Positions 24,915 through 36,918 of a stretch of 64,000 nt of DNA are shown here, piece after piece. Under the pieces are notes generated by a model, which saw only the letters and a program-made list of their open reading frames with translations, was not told where the DNA came from and did not search any database. The position numbers were made by a program, and so were the translations under genes. The stretch covers positions 31,186,001-31,250,000 of the forward strand of contig OX442314.1 in the NCBI GenBank assembly GCA_949358305.1. The letters run 5' to 3'. The stretch comes from Strigamia acuminata. Taxonomy: Eukaryota. Within the stretch, counting starts at the first letter, position 1, and every line of letters starts with the position of its first letter.

Positions 24915-26458
24915 TGTGACGGTTACACTGTCGTGTATTTTGCTAGTTTAGAACGATTATTCTGTCAATAGATGGCACTGATACGTTTTAGCGGTAATTT
25001 CGAAGTTCGGTTATTTTCAGTAATTAAAATATAAATTACTATTTATATTTTAGTCTGTTTCAAGTCTAAACAGTTATTTAATATATTTTATGTTGTTTTG
25101 ACTAGTTTACTACATAATTCTATTGAATTATGTATAAACTTGACATCTTATATTCACCCCTCGCCACCCACTGGAAGTTGGACTAATTCCGGATTACAGT
25201 CAAAAGACTTAATCCGAAATGTGTCCTGTGTATCCAGTTCCTGGAACGGACCTAGTAGAGGACTATGTCCTGGCTATCCACTTCCTAGAGTCTAGGATTG
25301 GAAGGATTTAGCTGACCAGTGATCCCATTGGATCGATAATCAGCCTATTGTCCAGTACGAGTATATATTCCCGTGTAAACCGGATATATCGCTTGCTCTC
25401 TTGTTGGTGTTCTGTTCCTGACGCCACTTGAACCGGGTCTGGTGGACTTAGGGCCACTTGGGTGAATTTAGTTCACTTTGTTGCACTTAGGGGCAATGGA
25501 TAGCTGTAGCTATGGAAAGTAACATTTATCAATTTAACATTCATTCCTCATAATTTCAGTACAGGCCGGATAAGAAATACTTGATATTTAGTGTAAGAAT
25601 CTAGAGTGGGTCGAAGATCCACAGACACACTCCCGCCTCTTCATGCCAACATTCCGTTGTAGAAATAACTGTAGAATCTAGAGTGGAATATTACAATTTC
25701 ACAGACACATTATTTAGGTAATCGACGTGGAGTAATTTCCCGGTTATTCTCCCGCCCGCCAGAACCGAGCGGAGTAATTTCCCGGTAAATGGATAACCCT
25801 TCCTACGAGAGACTTCTGATTCAATTCGTTGTTGGTTTTGACGGAACATTTAAAAAGGCTTAAATGTTGATTGCACTCGGGGCAACAAATAGCTCGGCGC
25901 TATTTTAATTTATTCTTTATTTTTTCCAGTTATTTTATCCCGCTTCGTGAATATAATATCATGTGGAATTCTGTCGAATTTACATGAATATTTATTCAAT
26001 TTATTTCGTCATGTTGATGACCGCGCTTTGCAATTATTATCCATATAATAATTACAAGTGTGACGACTGCAGAAAAGTCAACCGCACCTCTCGGATATAA
26101 CCCACCCAAGCCTAACCATTACACACCTTTTTTAGATCCAAACCAGAACCAGTTAGATGTCGAGACCATTCGAATCCATACTAAGACGACATCTTTTACG
26201 TCCCGACAATAAGACCGTTACATATTCTTAATTGTTCGACTGAAAACCGCAAGTGATATTATTATAGGGCTTTGCCGACCGATTGTATAGTTTAACTTGC
26301 AGAATTTCGACCATTTGTCGGTCTAGTATTTATATAAGTTCGAACCGGAATAAATTGTCATATGATTTGAGAAATCACAAGCCTCCGTATTTTACACTTT
26401 CACACAAGTTCTCGCTTTAATTCTCTAGCAATTATATCTCGTAAAGTCAATCGTCACA
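24915..26458 (+). repeat. 3' LTR of element 2 (1544 bp)
   Basis: Follows the PPT (24903-24912) and a CT spacer; TG...CA ends. Confidence 0.95.
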
Positions 26459-26704
26459 ATTGTATCAACCAAATTTCACTTTTCATTTTTCATTTTTCCC
26501 TTTTTTTCATTTCTAATTTCTCATTTTTAACTTCTAACTTTTATTAGTTCTACCAAACGAATACGGCGTCACCCAGCGCAAAGTAGCTTTGCTTCCAGGC
26601 ACCAAAAACATTATTAAAGACGATTTTAGACTCTTGACAAATTTATCCTCTTTTATTATGAAACCTACTTACGTTAGTTAATTCTGCTTTCTCTTTTAAA
26701 TATA

Positions 26705-27392
26705 ATGGCGCAAAAGAAAGCGGTTAGACCGACGATCAACGGCGTCAAGACGACTAAAAAGACTGTCGATGTGGATAATGTCAAAAACGAGGCTTCGACG
26801 ACGACCGAGACGAACGATTTTCCACAAAACGACTCGATAAACGCCAATAAAACGAAGCAAATCGTCACGAACGAACCCGAAACGATAACTGCTCAAGCCA
26901 ACAACATCTTTTGAGCTGAAGAAAGTGACGACACAAATCAAGACAACTCTTCGTCCGAAACTCAGTTTAAAACCGCACGAATTACGCAACGAAACGATCG
27001 GAAACGACGTCACATCTCAGTCCCGTCTTCGAACAATAAGCAGCGAGACACCCAGATCAACATCGCCCAACAAATCCACTCACAACACGGACGAAAATGC
27101 CCCATTGAGTCGCCCATTGGTCTACGTGTCCTCGACATCTTTCCGACACAATCGCACGACTTCAAAATCAAACGAAACGACACCAGACATGGCAAACACC
27201 AACACCAAACCCCCACGCACCAAACCCACTCTATTCCCATCCTCCAGAACCAGAATTGACATCACAACCAAACCACTAACAACCAGACATCGTTCAACTA
27301 ACATTGCAACACAAACAACAAAACATCGTTCAACTGACATCACTACAAAACCACTAACGACCAGACATCGTTCAACCACAAAAGGGACGACG

Positions 27393-27423
<31 letters not shown>

Positions 27424-27536
27424 CCAGTACAACAACAAAAAAGACGACAACAACACCCATAGCATCAACAACTCCAATTTCGTCTCAACCGGTCGAAGAC
27501 TTTGACGAGATCGAAGCGTCATTCGTTGACGTGTAG
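26705..27536 (+). pseudogene. Thr-rich mucin-like coding fragments
   Basis: Two offset Thr/Ser-rich ORFs including an (ACA)n run; no clear start or gene model. Confidence 0.4.
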
Positions 27537-28769
27537 TAATCCCGGCCTATTCTTAATAAAACCTCACTCAAATTATCAAAAATAAGCTGTGGAAATTACT
27601 CAATGCCCCGACGGGTCTTATATTTTAAATAAATACTAATACTCTTACTATTCTAACTCAACAATTGATTTATCCAATTTTACAATTGAATAAATCAACC
27701 GATCCAATAAACAAACTTGTTATTTATAAATAAACACACACTATTTATTCTAATCTTTGAATAAATTACTATTATCAATTAAAACGCTTTACAATAAAAA
27801 CTCTGAATGATTAAAATGCTAAAATTATACAAAAGACTAATTATTTTAAATGGAAAGGAAAAGTAAAATGGCGTCGTGGCTGGTTTCGGCACGATTGCGC
27901 GACGTTTTCGTCCGATCTTCGGTCAAAATACGTCTCTTCGACACTTACGATTCGTTTCTGCGATGGAATTCGCTCGTGTACGGCGAATTCTCTCCAATTG
28001 CACTTGATGATCGTGCCGTTAGCACTTCTCGACGAATCACCGAACAAATTCGGATATTTTCGTGAACTCTTTCACTTCATACAACACCGAACAATTCGGT
28101 TTCACCTTCTTTACGCTGGTTCGAATGACGGCGAAACAGGATTTCGCCGTAGTTTGAATGACGTGACTTCTCCTTCAACACAGGCGGTTCGGATGACGAT
28201 ACTTTTCGTAGTCCGAATGACCTCGACTTCTCCGTGGCGGTCCGAATGGCGGCGATGGCTCGTCGTGGTTCGAATGGCCTTAACTTCTCTCCTCGAGTGG
28301 TTCCAATGGCGGCGGTGGTCCCGACGTGGTTGGAATGGCTCGGCGGCGTACAACAAGCTTGTACGTGGCTGTGATCCCACTGGTCCAGGCTGGAACAGCA
28401 GAATAATATCCCGTGGCAAATGCAACTTTTGCACAGGAAAAATGAGTCCAAACTCACAGGAATGACCTTAACTTCAGCTGGAAATTTTCAGATTTTTCAG
28501 ACAAAGTTTTCTTGGTGTTTTCACAATGGGTTTCAAATTTAGACTGAAGATTTCAGCAAGTTTTCCTGGTTGGCAGGAAATACTTCCTGCCTCCCAGCTG
28601 TCTGGCTTGGTTACCCTGGTAACCCACCCCAGACAAGAACTTGCTGCAACCTTCTTATTTTTTATGCCAAATAAAATAATGCCAATTCTCAGCTTAAATC
28701 TTTTCCTGTAAATTAAAGTCATTTCCTTCCGGTTGGTGACCACCGGCCACCACAGACGGCATATTTGGT

Positions 28770-30020
28770 TTGCGGCTCCCGACAGACTTCGACACAGACG
28801 GCGAAATAGACACAAAAACTACACCAAAACCAATCAAAACTGCAAAAACATTGGCAACCAAACAACCGAGCAAGCAAAGCAGATTCCCGACTACTACCGT
28901 CGGGTTATCCGAGGCTACGAAACCGAAAAACCAAAAGACGAAACCGTTTGCCGAGCACGAGCGCGACAACACGCGAGACAACACGATCGGGCGACTGCAG
29001 CACAGCGAATCGGTTTTGATTCTCAGCACGACGCCGTACCCTCGAATCCGTCCGAATTGGCACCGACGGAACCAAACTCGACCCACCACCGTGATAACCA
29101 ACACGCAAATATCGGCCCTGGACGAAATGGTCATGAAATACCTAACGTCGACCACCCGCGCGTCCAAACTGACCGACGATTTTGACGCTTTCATTCTGAC
29201 CGATCCGTTCGACACGAACAAAATCAAAACGAGCACCGCGGAGCCCAAAATGGACCCTGAGATCATCCCCGGTTACTTCACCGACGTTACCACGAAAGCG
29301 GAAAGCGTCACGCGACCCTCCAAAGTGACCACCATTTTGACCAGCGGTCAGTTTCCGGTCATAGAAAAAGTGAACAACTTCAAATCGTCGCAAGCCGTTG
29401 GCGGGAATAACCTCGGGTTCCACCTACCGCCCAGTTTTTGGCCCACTCGGTACGCGCTGACCACAACGCCGACGTTGCAAGCGCCGAAACGACAACGGTT
29501 GTTGTTTTCGTCCAAGAGGAGACTCTCCGGTCAACATCGGCAGTCGCGGCGGTCCACGTACGATTACGGGTCGGTCACTTCGCCGAGTTTGATCGAGGAC
29601 GACGTCACGGACACGTTGGTCAAGTTCGGGGTCCGTCTCGCGCGGTCGAAACGCGAGGAGAAGTCGCCGGCGGTTGTCAATCCGTTCCCGGAACACGTTG
29701 CGACGTACCAGCATCCGTTTTTCGGCCACGTCGGCGTGTTGTTCAATAAGACGTCGGGGACGTTGCAGATGGAGTACGGGTTTTACGGGAAGGCGCATCT
29801 GTTGCCGTACGTGCAGAGCAATACGTTTTTGCTGCGATTTTTCAGCGCCGTTTGGTACGTGTCGGAAAGCGACGACAGCAGACGGCTACCGAGGAGTGTT
29901 TTCATGGTCCATTTCAAGGGGGGTTCGTCGGACGGGCGACCGGAACGATTTATTGTGCCTTTCTTCGATCCCCGATTGCCGCCTACGTTCGTTAGGGTTA
30001 GGTCTTCGGATAGGAAATAG
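28770..30020 (+). CDS. 3' part of a gene with a Thr-rich linker and a globular C-terminal domain resembling that of invertebrate beta-lactamase-like serine hydrolases
   Basis: 416-codon ORF ending YQHPFFGHV...LQMEYG...FDPRLPPTFVR; AATAAA near 30167. The 5' part is not found, so it may be a pseudogene. Confidence 0.45.
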   Translation: MRLPTDFDTDGEIDTKTTPKPIKTAKTLATKQPSKQSRFPTTTVGLSEATKPKNQKTKPFAEHERDNTRDNTIGRLQHSESVLILSTTPYPRIRPNWHRRNQTRPTTVITNTQISALDEMVMKYLTSTTRASKLTDDFDAFILTDPFDTNKIKTSTAEPKMDPEIIPGYFTDVTTKAESVTRPSKVTTILTSGQFPVIEKVNNFKSSQAVGGNNLGFHLPPSFWPTRYALTTTPTLQAPKRQRLLFSSKRRLSGQHRQSRRSTYDYGSVTSPSLIEDDVTDTLVKFGVRLARSKREEKSPAVVNPFPEHVATYQHPFFGHVGVLFNKTSGTLQMEYGFYGKAHLLPYVQSNTFLLRFFSAVWYVSESDDSRRLPRSVFMVHFKGGSSDGRPERFIVPFFDPRLPPTFVRVRSSDRK

Positions 30021-30244
30021 AAGTTGGAGTGTTTGAGTATAATTATAGCGTTTTCTTGCTTTCTTTTTCACTACATTTTAATTGTTTTATTACTGTTACG
30101 ATGGGAAAAAAGGAGCTTAATAATTGCCAAAAAACATTTTTTTTTTTACTCATTAATTTGAAATGTAAATAAAATAAAATAATTCTCTGATGTTTTTCTT
30201 TTTTTTGATGTAGAATTACGATCAAGCAGTCCCGCACTTTGGGT

Positions 30245-33133
30245 TTAATTAAAATGTGGTTGGTCGACTCTGTTTTGGAGTGTGAGTTTGACTGACGATG
30301 GTTGCAATAAACCCTGTCCGCCGGTAATGAACCGTAGTGGAAACTGAAATAATAATCCGAGTTTATGATATTTTAATGTGGGAAACTCGAATAATATTTC
30401 TTTGCAAACCTGAGTTTCTGCACACGTTTGAAAGCGATAATTATACAACATGTGTGCCATGACGAGCTTAGCCTCCAATAAAGCAAATCTCATGGCAATG
30501 CAGTTTCTGGGCCCAGCTCCGAATGGGAGATATGTAAAGGGATTGCGATTTGCTTTGTTTTCTGGAGAAAACCTAGTTCAAACCAAAACAGAACAAGAAA
30601 ACACGCATTACAAAGACATATACTCACTTCTATCTTATGAAAATACCTTTCAGGATCAAATGTTTGCGGATTGGGATAAAATTCTGGATTGTGATGGATG
30701 GCGTAAATAGGAAAACCAATCAACACGTCTTTCTTGATTGTGATGCCATTCAAGTTGTATTCATCTTCCACACATTGTCGCTCAGTACTAAAATTCAAGA
30801 TATATTGTGAGTGGCGGTAGGCGTTTGGACACCATTCATGATTAAGAACAACACAGAGAACACACAGTTTGGGATTATTATATCCGGTGTTGGCCGGTTG
30901 GTTACAATATTTTACTACGTTTAGAATATTCAAATATCTATTACTGAACAGCTGGAGGATATTTTCTCAACGTTTCTGACATAACCATGTCCAAAAATTG
31001 CATTGACGACACAACATCATATGTAAGTTTCCCCTGTAAAAATGCACACACTTACAAGTGTGAGTTAGCCATACACGCAGAAAACCTTTTCTTTATTCAG
31101 ACATTACTTTGCAATCTGCCATTACATCATCAACTTCTTTGATTAGTTTTTCTTGAATGTCTTGGTTTGAGGCAAGTTCATAGGCAAGAAAAGAGAGTGT
31201 GTTTGCTGTTGTTTCATGCCCAGCTAGTATAAATAGCACTGCTTGGGCTATTATAATCTGTCTTGTTAGTGCTGAAATGTTGAAAAAAAAGTTGTTATGA
31301 TGGAAAGAAAATGTCAGTTAAAAATGATTACTTTTTTTAGTCCCTGTTTCTGTTTGTTGGTTATCGTTTTCTTCAGTTATGTTGGTTTCATCACTTGGTA
31401 CTTCGGCTTCTAGCATGATTTGCAGAAAATCCCTTCTTGTGAACTAGTTAAAATTATATAACAATAAATATTTCTGAAAATTTAATAGTGAATTTATTTT
31501 ACGTCTTTATTTTTCAGTCTCATGTCAATTGCCTGACCCGCAATTTTTTCAAAGTATTTGAACGGACTCATTAGTATGTATTTTGGTAGGTACTGTATTA
31601 TGAATGGGAATAAGACTGAAATGTGTACACAAAACTTAGCAGTTATTATTAAGACAATATTGAAGATTTTAATTATACTTACACATAAAATACACGACTT
31701 TGACGTTTGTCCGAAACGCTTTTCGTGCTTGAGAAACAAATTCACTTTCTTGGTCTTTAATGCAGTCACTTTTCATTCCAAATGCACAACTTGCAATCAC
31801 GTCCAGTGTCAATACAGTAAATTTTCTGCAAAAACATCACGAAATTTATTTTAGACTCTTGACAAATTTCGTATTTTATTATGAAACCTACTTAGTTAAT
31901 TCTATTGGTTCCCCATCATCTGCTTTTTCTTTTAAAGACTTGACTGAATGTTCGATACATTCTTCTATGAGATGTACCATCTGCAATATACATTTAATAT
32001 TGTTTACATCCAGAACCACATAGATTATTATTAGTTATTAATATAGAAAAAAATTAATTTCTTTAATTTTAGCAGCAACAAATGTTATTAGAGAATCATC
32101 TGCACATTTTTTAGTTGAAGAACATCACCGTTACCTGCTTCAACTTCCCTGACGTATACGTAGGAGTAAGTGTATTTCGGACCATTTTCCATTTTTCGCC
32201 AGTCAGTCCTGTTAACATATTTGATATGATGTTGTTCTTATCCCTATTTGGGAAGTTTCTTCGGTTTTGAAAGGCGTTAAAATCTTTTACCAACACCTGC
32301 CTCATTAAGTCAGGTTCAGATAAGTACAGTATCGGTGCAGTTCCAACAAAACCTCTGAAAATAATCCATCATCTTAGTGAGAGTTAATGGACGCCATTAT
32401 GTTTCAAAAATACGTAAATTCTACACATAACTCACCCATGCACGTGTCCAAATTTCTTCATAGCATCCATCTCTTGGTCTTGAAAAGACTTAAATAAAAT
32501 ATCAAACATTTTTACAATTTGGATAAGTTATGACCAAAGAATTGAGAGAAGTACGAGAAAAGCGTTGGCAGACATCGACAACGAGTGCTTTTCGAACTTA
32601 CATGTATCCAAATTGGTTTGAGTGTTCCAATAATCAAACGCGGTTTCTCTCCAGCAACACCTTGTTTTTTCCAATAGTCGAAAGTCCTGGTTGAATATCT
32701 GAAACAATTTTCAGAGGTGAAGGAAGATGCACTTTCCTGCTACACAAGCAACTACGCTGCCGTCCCAGCAGGCTATCAACAAATGACGTCATTCTTTATC
32801 CTCTGACGCTTTTGTTTGTAGGGAAAAACAACGAGAATATACGTAAAATATGACTAGCCCTCTAATTGTTATCACTGAAGATAAGGCAACAACATTCGTG
32901 ACTTCAAATCCAAGGTCATCTTTAATGACACTATAATACTTCTTCTCCTGTTTACATTTTCACTTATTCAGCCTACTTACCCTACTTACAATAAATTGCA
33001 CGTAATTAGATTATGCAATCGCATTTTCCCTCAGAATGTGTCAAAATACTTACAAATACCAAGCTGACAGCAATCCAATGACAGCAAGCGGCCAGTATTG
33101 ACACAAATTCAACATAAACATACACAGGTCCAT
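30245..33133 (-). CDS. Cytochrome P450, CYP3 clan, copy A (13 exons)
   Basis: N-terminal anchor, [30 protein letters not shown]; the GT-AG junctions checked keep frame. Confidence 0.93.
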
Positions 33134-33681
33134 TGTGGTTGGTAAATGAAATGGCCCAGTTTGATTTAACCGTGATGATCGGGCCAAGAGCGTTCTTCTG
33201 TGCGGTCGGAAACAACTGATTAGAAACCTCAGCGTGACCTCCTCACCAGTGTGGCATTTCCCAGAGCGGTTGCTCGCAAGGGGGTGTGGAAGTTGCGATG
33301 CAATGATTAAAAAACTTTTTATTACATTTGTATTTATATTTTTATATTTTATTATTAATTATCCCACATGAAATGTGTTTTTATTACTTTTCTGTTGGAA
33401 ATAAATCTTCGACAGAATGAGTAGCAAAACTTTTTTGAAACTTTCTTGAAATTACATTTGTGCAAATATATTTGTGCACAGAGCAATTATTGCAGAATAT
33501 ATTTGTGGATAGGTGATTTGTGCACGAACTTGCATGTTTTCCTGCGGAATTATTTTGGCGTGCATAAATCGTGCACGATTATACATTGGTTTTTATCTAC
33601 ATCAAAAGAAGACGAAAATGTAAAATAAGAATTGACATTTTGTGTCTTTTTTCGGCGTCTAAACAGTCCTGCACTTTCAGT

Positions 33682-36591
33682 TTAATGAAAATGTGGTTGG
33701 TCCACTCTGTTTTGAAGTGTGAGTTTGACCGACTCTGGTTGCAAAATAATTTGTCCAGCATGGAACCGTAATGGAAACTGAAATAAATCATGTTTATAAT
33801 TCTTGAATGTGGAAAACTCGAACATTTCTTTGCCAACCTGAGTTTCTGCACACGTTTGAAAGCGATAATTATACAACAAGTGTGCAATGACAAGCTTAGC
33901 CTCCAATAAAGCAAATTTCATGGCAATGCAGTTTCTGGGCCCAGCTCCGAATGGGAGATACGTAAAGGGATGGCGATTTGCTTTGTTTTCGGGAGAAAAC
34001 CTAGTTCAAACAAAAATAGCACAAAAAAAACACGTATTACAAAGATATACTCACTTCTATCTCATGAATATACCTTTCAGGATCAAATGTTTCTGGATTG
34101 GGATAAAATTCTGGATTGTGATGGATGGCGTAAATAGGCAAACCAATCAACACGCCTTTCTTGATCCTGATGCCATTCAAGTTGTATTCATCTTCCACAC
34201 ATACTCGATCAGTTCTAAAATTAAAAATGTATTACAGACATTTTGTACTACTTTTAGATGATTCAAATATCTGTTACTGAATAGCTGGAGGGTATTTTCT
34301 CAACGTTTCTGACACTACCAAGTCCAAAAATTGCATCGACGACACAACTTCATATGTAAGTTTGCCCTACAAGTGTGAGTTAGTCACGCGTGCAGAAATT
34401 CTTTCCTTTAATCAGACATTACTTTGCAATCTGCCATTACATCATCAACTTCTTTGATTAGTTTTTCTTGAATGTCTTGGTTTGAGGCAAGCTCGTAAGC
34501 AAGAAAAGAGAGTGTGGTTGCTGATGTTTCATGCCCAACTAGTATGAATAACACTGTTTGGGCTATTATAATCTGTCTTGTTAGTGCTGAAATGTTGAAA
34601 AAAAAGTTGTTATCCTGAAAAGAATGTCGGTCAAAAATGATTACTTTTTTTAGTCCCTGTTTCTGTTTGTTGGTTATCGTTTTCTTCAGTTATGTTTGTT
34701 TCATCACTTGGTACTTCGGCTTCTAGCATGATTTGCAGAAAATCCCTTCTTGTGAACTAGTTAAAATTATATAACAATTTATATATTTCTGAAAATTTAA
34801 TAGTGATTTTATTTTACGTCTTTATTTTTCAGTCTCATGTCAATTGCTTGACCCGCAATTTTTTCAAAGTATTTGAACGGCCCCATTAGTAAGAATTCAG
34901 GTAAGAACTGTATTTGGAATGGGAATAAGACTGAAATGTGTAGACAAAACCTAGCAGTTATTAAATTAAGATAATATTGTAGATTTTAATTATATACTCA
35001 CACAGTAAATACATGGCTTTAGGATTTGCCTGAAAAGCTTTTCGTGCTTGAGAAACAAATTCACTCTCTTGGTCGTTAATGCAGTCACTTTTCATTCCAA
35101 ACGCACAACTTGCAATCACATTCAGTGTCAACACAGCAAATCTTCTGTAAAAATGTCACGAAATTGACAAATTTGTCGTCTTTTGTTATGAAACCTACTT
35201 TGTAAATTCTATTGGTTCCCCAGTATCTGCTTTCTCTTTTAAAGAGTTGACTGAATGTTGGATACATTCTTCTATGAGGTGTACCATCTACAATATACAT
35301 TTAATATTGTTTGCATCCAGAACCACATTAGCTATTATTAGTTATTATAGAAAAAAATTAATTTCTTTAATTTTAGCAGCAACAAGTGTTATTAGAGAAT
35401 CATCTGCACATTTTTTAGTTGAATAACATCATTGGATGATATAAAAATTACCTGCTTCAACTTCCCCGATGTAAATGTATGTGTAAGTGTATTTCGGACC
35501 ATTTTCCATTTCTCGCCCGTCAGTCCTGTTAATATATTTGCTAGTACGTTGTTTTTATTCCTAATTGGAAAGTTTCTTCGATTTTGAAAGGCGTGGAAAT
35601 CTTTTACCAACACCTGCCTCAATAAGTCAGGTTCAGATAAGTACAGTATTGGTGCAGTTCCAACAAAACCTCTGAAAATAATCCATCATCTTAGCGATAG
35701 TAAATCGACGCCATTATGGTTCTAAAATACGTAAATTCTACACATAACCTACCCATGCACGTGGCCAAATTTCTTCATAGCATCCATATCTTGGTCTTGA
35801 AAAGACTGAAATTAAACATGAAACATTTTTACAATTGGCAGACATCGACAAAGCCTGAATAACACAATCCAGTTAAAACGAGTGCTTTACAAACTTACAT
35901 GTATCCAAATTGGTTTGAGTGTTCCAATAATCAAACGCGGTTTCTCTCCTGCAACGCCTTGTTTTCTCCAATAGTCGAAAGTCCTGGTTGAATATCTGAA
36001 ACAATTTTTAGAGCTTTTAGCAAAAATAATCTTTGCAACAATAACAGTGACAATGAACTTAGAAGTAAATACAAGTCGAGGGAATAAATGATCACACTGC
36101 TTGTAGCATGATACGAATCGTTGGAGATGAGGAAGACATTACTACAGATGCTAAACACACTTGCCGGAAGTGCTGAAGGAAGATGCACTTTCCTGATACA
36201 TAAGCAGCTGCACAGCGATCCCAGCAGACTATCAACAAGTGACGTCATTCTTTAACCTCCGAGGCTTTTATTTGTTTGGAAAAACAATGAGAATGTTTGC
36301 AAAATAGCTCTGAAGATAACATTCGTCGCTTAAGCTAAAGCCAGACAAACTAAAGTTAATTATCGACATCAACTTTCGTTGCTTATAGTAGGTCACTTTG
36401 AATTCAAACTATCTTTAGTGCCACTATTAAATACCTCATCTCCTCTTTGCTTGTTAGATTATACATTTATCTCCCTCAGAGAAAAGGTTAAAATGTGTAA
36501 AAAATACTTACAAATACCATGCCGATAGCAAACCAATGATGGCTAACAACCAGTATTGATACAAATTAAATAAAAAACCAGAAGGATCCAT
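33682..36591 (-). CDS. Cytochrome P450, CYP3 clan, copy B (13 exons)
   Basis: Same exon structure as A with alignable introns; I-helix VGHETS; heme motif intact. Confidence 0.93.
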
Positions 36592-36918
36592 TGTGGTTGG
36601 TGAATGTTTGCTTTGAACGTGATCGCAACAAGAGCTTTCTTCCGTGTGGTCTGAAGAAGCTGATTAGAAATCTCAGAGTAATCTTACAAATGTGGCACGC
36701 ATTTCCCGGAGCAGGGGGTGTGCAAGTTGCAATACAATGCCGGTAATTGAAAAACATTTTGCTCATATTTATATTTAGATTTTTATATTTTATATTTTAT
36801 TATTTATATGTAATGATTTTTTTTCTTCTCCAAATAAATAGATTGCCATGCAGAACACTTTATTTAATTATGGTTAATATATTCACAACTTTCTATAATT
36901 TAACATGGCCTTCAGAGT

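Larger units (their letters stand above)
19863..26458 (+). mobile_element. Gag-only non-autonomous LTR retrotransposon (element 2)
   Basis: LTRs TGTGACGG...CGTCACA, tRNA-Gln PBS, PPT TTAAGGGGGA, a single gag ORF and no pol. No TSD found. Confidence 0.93.
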
